Of a DNA stretch of 64,000 bases, positions 55,601 through 64,000 are shown in pieces (the stretch's first letter is position 1; each line of letters begins with the position of its first letter). The DNA comes from the human T2T-CHM13v2.0 reference genome, Homo sapiens, in the NCBI RefSeq assembly GCF_009914755.1, contig NC_060931.1; one strand, 5' to 3'. The notes beneath the pieces were generated by a model. That model saw only the letters and a program-made list of their open reading frames with translations. It did no database searches and had not been told where the DNA came from. The position numbers and the translations under genes were made by a program.

Positions 55601-58600
55601 ATTCGATTCCATTCCATTCCATTCCATTCCATTCCATTCCATTCCATTCCTCGTGAGTTGTTTCCATTTCATCCCATTCCATTCCATACCACTCCATTCC
55701 TTTCCATTCCTTTCCATTCCATTCCATTCCACTAGGGTTTAGTCCATTCCGTTCCATTCCATTCCATTCCATTCCATTCCATTCCATTCCCTTTCTTGCC
55801 ACTCAGGTTGATTCCATTCCATTCCATTTCATTCCATTCCATTCCATTCCATTCAGTTCCACTCCATTCCATTCCATTCCATTCTATTTCATTCCATTCC
55901 AATCGTGTTGATTCCATTCCATTGCCTTCCATTCCATTCCACTCGGGTTGATATCATTCCATTCCATTCCATTCTTTTCCATTCTATTGCATTTGACTCG
56001 GGTTTATTCCATTCCATTCAATTCCATTCGGGTTGATTCCATTCCATTCCATTTTATTCCATTCCTTTCCATTCCCCTACATTCCTATCCATTCCATTCC
56101 ATTCCATTCCACTCGAGTTGATTCCATTCCATTCCATTCCCTTCCATTCCATTCCATTCCATTCCATTCCATTACACTCGGGTTGATTACATTCCATTCC
56201 ATTCCATTTCATTCCATTCCATTCCATTCCGTACCACTCGGGTTGATTCCATTCCATTCCAATTCATTCCATTCCATTCCATCTCATTTCATTCCATTCA
56301 CTTCCAATCGAATTGATAACATTCCATTCCATTGCATTCCATTCCTTTCCATTGGAATGCATTGCAGATCATTCTTTCCAATCCATTCCACTCCATTCCA
56401 TTCCATTCCATTCCATTCCATTCTTTCCATTCCATTTGATTCCATTCAATTGCATTTCATTCAATTCCATTCCTCTCTGGTTGATTCCATTCCATTCCAT
56501 TCCATTCCATTCCATTCCATTCCATTCCATTCCATTTCATTCCTTTCTTCTCGGGTTTATTTCATTCCATTCCATTCCATGCCATTCAGGTTGATTGCAT
56601 TCCATTGCATTTCATTCCATTCCATTCCATTCCATTCCATTCCATTCCATTCCGTTCCACTCGGGTTGCATCCATTCCATTCCATTCCATTCCAAACGCG
56701 TTGATTCCACTCTATTCCATTCCATTCTATTCCATTCCATTCTATTCCATTCCATTCCATTCCACTTGGGATGATTCAGTTCCATTCCATTCCGTTCCGT
56801 TCCATTCCATTCCATTCCATTCCATTCCATTCCATTCCATTCCAATGCATTCGTGTTGATTCCAATCCATTAAAATCTATTCCATTCCATTCAATTCCAT
56901 TCCATTCCATTCCTTGTCACTCAGGTTGATTCCATTCCATCCCATTTCATTCCATACCATTCCATTCCATTCCATTCAGTTCCATTCCTTTCCTTTCCAC
57001 TCGTGTTTATTCCATTCCATTGCCTTCCATTCCATTCCACTCGGGTTGATACCATTCCATTCCATTCCATTCCATTCCATTCCATTCCATACCTTTCCAT
57101 TCCATTCCTTTCGGGTTGATTCTAGTCCATTCCATTCTATTCCATTCCATTCCATTCCATTCCATTCCATTACTCGTGAGTTGTTTCCATTGTATCCCAT
57201 TCCATTCCATTCCACTCCATTCCTTTCCATTCCATTCCATTCCACTAGGGTTTATTCCATTCCATTCCATTCCATTCCATTCCATTCCATTCCATTCCCT
57301 TTCTTGCCACTCAGGTTGATTCCATTCCATTCCATTCCATTCCATTCCATTCCATTCCATTCCATTCCATTCCATTCCATTCCATTCCATTCAGTTCCAC
57401 TCCATTCCATTCCATTCCATTCTATTTCATTCCATTCCAATCGTGTTGATTCCATTCCATTGCCTTCCATTCCATTCCACTCGGGTTGATAGCATTCCAT
57501 TCCATTCCATTCTTTTCCATTCCATTGCATTCGACTCGGGTTTATTCCATTCCATTCCATTCCATTCGGGTTGATTCCATTCCATTCCATTTTATTCCAT
57601 TCCTTTCCATTCCCCTCCATTCCTATCCATTCCATTCCATTGCATTCCATTCCACTCGAGTTGATTCCATTCCATTCCATTCCCTTCCATTCCATTCCAT
57701 TCCATTCCATTCCATTACATTCGGGTTGATTCCATTCCATTCCATTCCATTCCATTCCATTCCATTCCATTCCATTCCATTCCGTACCACTCGGGTTTAT
57801 TCCATTCCATTCCATTCCATTCCATTCCATTCCATTCCATGCCATTCCATTCCATTACACTAGGGTTGATTCCATTCCATTCCATTCCATTCCATTCCAT
57901 TCCATTCCATTCCATTCCATTCCATTCCGTACCACTCGGGTTGATTCCATTCCATTCCAATTCATTCCATTCCATTCCATCTCATTTCATTCCATTCACT
58001 TCCAATCGAATTGATAACATTCCATTCCATTGCATTCCATTCCTTTCCATTGCAATGCATTGCAGATCATTCCTTTCCATTCCATTCCACTCCATTCCAT
58101 TCCATTCCATTCCATTCCATTCCATTCCATTCTTTCCATTCCATTTGATTCTATTCAATTGCATTTCATTCCATTCCATTCCTCTCTGGTTGATTCCATT
58201 CCATTCCATTCCATTCCATTCCATTCCATTCCATTCCATTCCTCTCGGGTTTATTACATTCCATTCCATTCCATGCCATTCAGGTTGATTGCATTCCATT
58301 GCATTTCATTCCATTCCATTCCATTCCTTTCCATTCCATTCCATTCAGTTCCACTCGGGTTGCATCCATTCCATTCCATTCCATTCCAATGGCGTTGATT
58401 CCACTCTATTCCATTCCATTCTATTCCATTCCATTCCATTCCACTTGGGATGATTCAGTTCCATTCCATTCCGTTCCGTTTCATTCCATTCCATTCCATT
58501 CCATTCCATTCCATTCCATTCCATTCCATTGCATTCGTGTTGATTCCAATCCATTAAAATCTATTCCATTCCATTCAATTCCATTCCATTCCATTCCTTG

Positions 58601-61600
58601 CGACTCAGGTTGATTCCATTCCAACCCATTTCATTCCATACCATTCCATTCCATTCCATTCAATTCCATTCCTTTCCTTTCCACTCATGTTTATTCCATT
58701 CAATTGCCTTCCATTCCATTCCACTCGGGTTGATACCATTCCATTCCATTCCATTCCATTCCGTTCCATTCCATACCATTCCATTCCATTCCATTCGGGT
58801 TGATTCTAGTCCATTCCATTCTATTCCTTCCATTCCATTTCATTCCATTCCATTCCATTCCTCGTGAGTTGTTTCCATTGCATCCCATTCCATTCCATTC
58901 CACTCCATTCCTTTCCATTCCATTCCATTCCACTAGGGTTTATTCCATTCCATTCCATTCCATTCTATTCCATTCCATTCCATTCCATTCCATTCCATTC
59001 CATTCCATTCCCTTTCTTGCCACTCAGGTTGATTCCATTCCATTCCATTCCCTTCCATTCCATTCCATTCCATTCCATTCCATTACACTCGGGTTGATTC
59101 CATTCCATTCCATTCCTTTCCATTCCATTCCATTCCATTCCGTACCACTCGGGTTTATTCCATTCCATTCCATTCCATTCCATTCCATTCCATTCCATTC
59201 CATTCCATTCCATTCCATTCCTGCCGGGTTGATTCCATTCCATTCCAATTCATTCCATTCCATTCCATCCCATTTCATTCCATTCACTTCCAATCGAATT
59301 GATAACATTCCATTCCATTCCATTCCATTCCTTTCCATTGCAATGCATTGCAGACCATTCCATTTCATTCCATTCCATTCCTTTCCATACCATTCCACTC
59401 GGGTTGATTCCATTCCATTCCAATTCATTCCATTCCATTCCATCCCATTTCATTCCATTCACTTCCAATCGAATTGATAACATTCTATTCCATTCCATTC
59501 CATTCCATTCCATTCCATTCCATTCCATTCCATTCCATTCCGTTCCTTTCCATTCCGTACCACTCGGGTTTATTCCATTCCATTCCATTATATTCCATTC
59601 CACTCGAGTTGATATTATTGCATCCCATTCGATTCCATTCCACTCCATTCCATTTCATTCCATTCCATTCCACTCGGGTTTATTCCATTCCATTCCAATC
59701 CATTCCATTCCATTCCATTCCATTCCATTCCTTGCCATTCCATGCTATTCCACTCGGGTTGATTGCATTCTTTTCCATTCCTTGCCATTCCATTCCATTC
59801 CATTGCATTCTTTTCATGTTGATTCCAATCCATTACAATCTGTTCCATGCCATTCCATTCCCCTCCATTCCATTCCATTCCAGTCGAGTGGATTCCACTG
59901 CATTGCATTGCATTCCATTCCATTCCATTCCACTCCATTCCATTCCATTCCATTCCACTCCATTCCATTCCTTTCCATTCCATTCCATTGCTCTCGGGTT
60001 AATTCCATTCCATTCCATTCCATTCCATTCCATTGCATTCCATTCCATTCCATTCCATTCTATACTATTCCATACAATTCCACTCGGGTTTTTTCCATTC
60101 CATTCCATTCCATTCCATTCCATTCCATTCCATGCCACTCATGTTGATTCCATTCCATTCCATGTCATTCCATTTCATTAAATTCCATTCCATTCCATTC
60201 CATTCCATTCCACTCGTGTTGATTCCATTCCATTGCCTTCCATTCCATTCCACTAGGGTTGATACCGTTCCATTCCATTCCATTGCATTCTTTTCCATTC
60301 CATTGCATTCGACTCGGGTTGTTTCCACTCCATCTCATTCCATTCCATTCCACTCCATTCCATTCCATTTCATTCCATTCCACTCGGGTTTATTCCATTC
60401 CATTTGATTCCATTCCTTTCCTTTCCATTCCTTGCCACTCAGGTTGACTCCATTCCATTCCATTTCATTCCATTCCATTCCATTCAGTTCCACTCCATTC
60501 CAGTCGTGTTGATTCCATTCAATTGCCTTCCATTCCATTCCACTCGGTTTGATACCATTCCATTCCATTCCATTCTTTTAAATTCCATTGCATTCGACTT
60601 GGGTTGATTCCATTCCATTCTATTCCATTAAATTCCATTCCATTCGGGTTCATTCCAGTCCATTCCATTCTATGCCATTCCATTCCATTCCATTCCATTC
60701 CATTCCATTCCACTCGAGTTGATTACATTGCATTCCATTCCATTCCATTCCACTCCATTCCATTTCATTCCATTCCATTCCACTCGGGTTTATTCCATTC
60801 CATTCCATTCCATTCCATTCCATTCCATTCCATTCCATTCCATTGCATTCCATTCCTTGTCATTCCATTCCATTCCACTCGGGTTGATTCCATTCCATTT
60901 AATTTCATTCCATTCCATGCCATTCGCGTTGATACCATTCCATTCCATTCCCTTCCATTCCATTCCTTTCCATTGAATTGCATTCCAGATGATTCCATTC
61001 CATTCTGTTCCGCTACATTCCATTACATAACTTTCCATTCCATTCCATTCCTTTCCATTCCACTCGGGTTGATTCCATTCCATTCCATTCTATTCCATTC
61101 CATTCCATTTCATTCCAATCCTTTCCATTCCATTGCATTCGACTCTTGATGATTCCATTCCATTCCCTTCAATTCCATTCCTTTTCATTTCATTCCATTC
61201 AACTCGGTTTGATTCCACTCCATTCCATTTCTTTCCATTCCATTCCATTGCATTCCATTCCATTCCATTCCACTTGGGTTGATTCCATTCCATTCCTTTC
61301 CATTCCAGTCCATTGCATTCCATTCCATTCCATTCCACTCGGGTTGATTCCATTCCATTACATTCCATTCCTTTCCATTCCACTCGTGTTGATTCCATTC
61401 TATTCCATTCAATTCCTTTCCATTCTATTCCATTCCATTCCACGTGGGTTCATTCCATTGCATTCCATTCCATTCTATTCCATTCCTTTCACTTCCATCC
61501 CATTCCAATCGAGTTGATTCCATTGCATTCGATTCCATTCCATTCCATTCCATTCCATTCCATTCCATTCCATTCCATTCCATTCAATTCCATTCCATTC

Positions 61601-64000
61601 CATTCCATTCCGTACTACTCGGGTTTATTCCATTCCATTCCATTCCATTCCATTCCATTCCATTCCATTCCTGCCGGGTTGATTCCATTCCATTCCAATT
61701 CATTCCATTCCATTCCATCCCATTTCATTCCATTCACTTCCAATCGAATTGATAACATTCCATTCCATTCCATTCCATTCCTTTCCATTGCAAAGCATTG
61801 CAGATCAGTCCATTTCATTCCATTCCATTCCCTTCCATACCATTCCACTCGGGTTGATTCCATTCCATTCCTTTCCATTCCATTCCATTCCATCCCATTT
61901 CATTCCATTCACTTCCAATCGAATTGATAACATTCTATTCCATTCCATTCCATTCCATTCCATTCCGTTCCTTTCCATTCCGTACCACTCGGGTTTATTC
62001 CATTCCATTTCATTCCATTCCATTCCATTCCTTTCCATTCCATTCCGTACCACTCGGGTTGATTCCATTCCATTCCAATTCATTCCATTCCATTCCATCC
62101 CATTTCATTCCATTCACTTCCAATCGAATTGATAACATTCCATTCCATTGCATTCCATTTCTTTCCATTGCAATGCATTGCAGATCATTCCTTTCCATTC
62201 AATTCCACTCCACTCCATTCCATTCCATTCCATTCCATTCCATTCCATTCTTTCCATTCCATTTGATTCCATTCAATTGCATTTCATTCCATTCCATTCC
62301 TCTCTGGTTGATTCCATTCCATTCCATTCCATTCCATTGCATTCCATTTCATTCCATTCCTCTCGGGTTGATTACATTCCATTCCATTCCATGCCATTCA
62401 GGTTGATTGCATTCCATTGCATTTCATTCCATTCCATTCCATTCCGTTCCACTCGGGTTGCATCCATTCCATTCCATTCCATTCCAATCGCGTTGATTCC
62501 ACTCTATTCCATTCCATTCGATTCCATTCCATTCTATTCCATTCCATTCCATTCCACTTGGGATGATTCAGTCCCATTCCATTCCGTTCCATTCCATTCC
62601 ATTCCATTCCATTCCATTCCATTCCATTGCATTCGTGTTGATTCCAATCCATTAAAATGTATTCCATTCCATTCCATTCCATTCCATTCCATTCCTTGCC
62701 ACTCAGGTTGATTCCATTCCATCCCATTTCATTCCATACCATTCCATTCCATTCCATTCAATTCCATTCCATTCCTTTCCACTCGTGTTTATTCCATTCC
62801 ATTGCCTTCCATTCCATTCCACTCGGGTTGATACCATTCCATTCCATTCCATTCCATTCCATTCCATACCATTCCATTCCATTCCATTCGGGTTGATTCT
62901 AGTCCATTCCATTCTATTCCATTCCATTCCATTCCATTCCATTCCATTCCATTCCATTCCTCGTGAGTTGTTTCCATTGCATCCCATTCCATTCCATTCC
63001 ACTCCATTCCTTTCCATTCCTTTCCATTCCTTTCCATTCCATTCCATTCCACTAGGGTTTATTATATTCCGTTCCATTCCATACCATTCCATTCCATTCC
63101 ATTCCATTCCATTCCCTTTCTTGCCACTCAGGTTGATTCCATTCCATTCCATTTCATTCCATTCCATTCCATTCCATTCAGTTCCACTCCATTCCATTCC
63201 ATTCCATTCTATTTCATTCCATTCCAGTCGTGTTGATTCCATTCCATTGCCTTCCATTCCATTCCACTTGGGTTGATACCATTCCATTCCATTCCATTCT
63301 TTTCCATTCTATTGCATTCGACTCGGGTTTATTCCATTCCATTCCATTCCATTCGGGTTGATTCCATTCCATTCCATTTTATTCCATTCCTTTCCATTCC
63401 CCTCCATTCCTATCCATTCCATTCCATTCCATTCCACTCGAGTTGATTCCATTCCATTCCATTCCCTTCCATTCCATTCCATTCCATTCCATTCCATTAC
63501 ACTCGGGTTGATTCCACTCCATTCCATTCCATTCCATTCCATTCCATTCCATTCCGTACCACTCGGGTTGATTCCATTCCATTCCAATTCATTCCATTCC
63601 ATTCCATCTTATTTCATTCCATTCACTTCCAATCGAATTGATGACATTCCATTCCATTGCATTCCATTCCTTTCCATTGCAATGCATTGCAGATCATTCC
63701 TTTCCATTCCATTCCACTGCATTCCATTCCATTCCATTCCATTCCATTCTTTCCATTCCATTTGATTCCATTCAATTGCATTTCATTCCATTCCATTCCT
63801 CTCTGGTTGATTCCATTCCATTCCATTCCGTTCCATTCCATTCCATTTCATTCCATTCGATTTCATTCCATTCCTCTCGGGTTTATTACATTCCATTCCA
63901 TTCTATGCCATTCAGGTTGATTGCATTCCATTGCATTTCATTCCATTCCATTCCATTCCTTTCCATTCCATTCCATTCCGTTCCACTCGGGTTGCATCCT
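40688..64000 (+). repeat. Human satellite 3 with the ACTCGGGTTG (CAACCCGAGT) decamer (classical Sat III, probably HSat3B class); runs off the window end
   Basis: Long pure (CATTC)n runs interrupted by CCACTCGGGTTGATTCC and variants (ACTCAGGTTG, ACTCGTGTTG, ACTCGGGTTTA). First decamer-like motif at 40688 (actcgggatga). Near-identical multi-kb blocks from ~43 kb onward. Confidence 0.93.
50061..59459 (+). repeat. Tandem duplication of ~4.71 kb (two copies of a trimer of ~1.5-1.7 kb monomers) inside HSat3
   Basis: cctctctggttg at 50230/51762/53466 recurs at 54940/56472/58181 (offsets 4710, 4710, 4715). Private variants are shared pairwise: ggttgctacc, caaacgcg, caatggcgttg, ccttgcgactc. Confidence 0.88.

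Noticed and set aside
45557-63650. Conserved motif recurring between variable stretches, superficially CRISPR-like
   Set aside because: The intervening sequences are satellite and repeat each other, spacing is 175-2300 bp, the context is primate, and there are no cas genes.
21074-64000. Hundreds of ORFs encoding FHSIP or MEWNG repeats, including 546 aa at 26979-28619 and 494 aa at 24263-25747
   Set aside because: (CATTC)n has no stop codon in any frame on either strand and gives the same pentapeptide in all frames. The ORFs overlap in every frame and show no domain or gene structure.
47406-64000. A fixed 12.05-kb higher-order repeat
   Set aside because: Only one such interval is visible, the preceding X-to-X distance is ~4.13 kb, and the Y copies after the third X lack variants private to those after the second X.
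1-64000. Assignment to a specific chromosome, or presence of alpha satellite, CENP-B boxes or telomeric repeats
   Set aside because: No 171-bp monomers or TTAGGG arrays were seen. HSat2/HSat3 junctions occur on several chromosomes, so placement needs alignment.

Overview
Primate, most likely human, pericentromeric or acrocentric-type DNA. I find no supportable protein-coding or RNA gene. Bases 1-~6145 are an AT-rich flank of old interspersed repeats: an MLT1D-like LTR split by an AluS, a 630-bp GA-rich tract, ancient L1 fragments, and MLT1A0-, MER77- and LTR16-like LTRs. The remaining ~58 kb is classical satellite with CATTC on the + strand throughout, in three abutting layers. The first is diverged HSat2 (CATTCGATTC/GATGAT, ~6146-21073). 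The second is an HSat3 variant rich in CATTCGAGTC and lacking GATGAT (~21074-40687), with a ~1.1-1.2 kb monomer and ~1.96 kb dimer near its start. The third is a homogeneous HSat3 variant with the ACTCGGGTTG decamer (~40688-64000), built as a nested, copy-number-variable higher-order repeat: a 2.65 kb block X plus 1, 6 and at least 2 copies of a ~1.5-1.7 kb block Y, including a recent 4.71 kb tandem duplication. The FHSIP/MEWNG ORFs are artefacts of the pentamer repeat. I found no new gene-level system; the noteworthy signal is satellite architecture. Repeat subfamily names come from recalled consensus sequences and periods were counted by hand, so both need computational confirmation.
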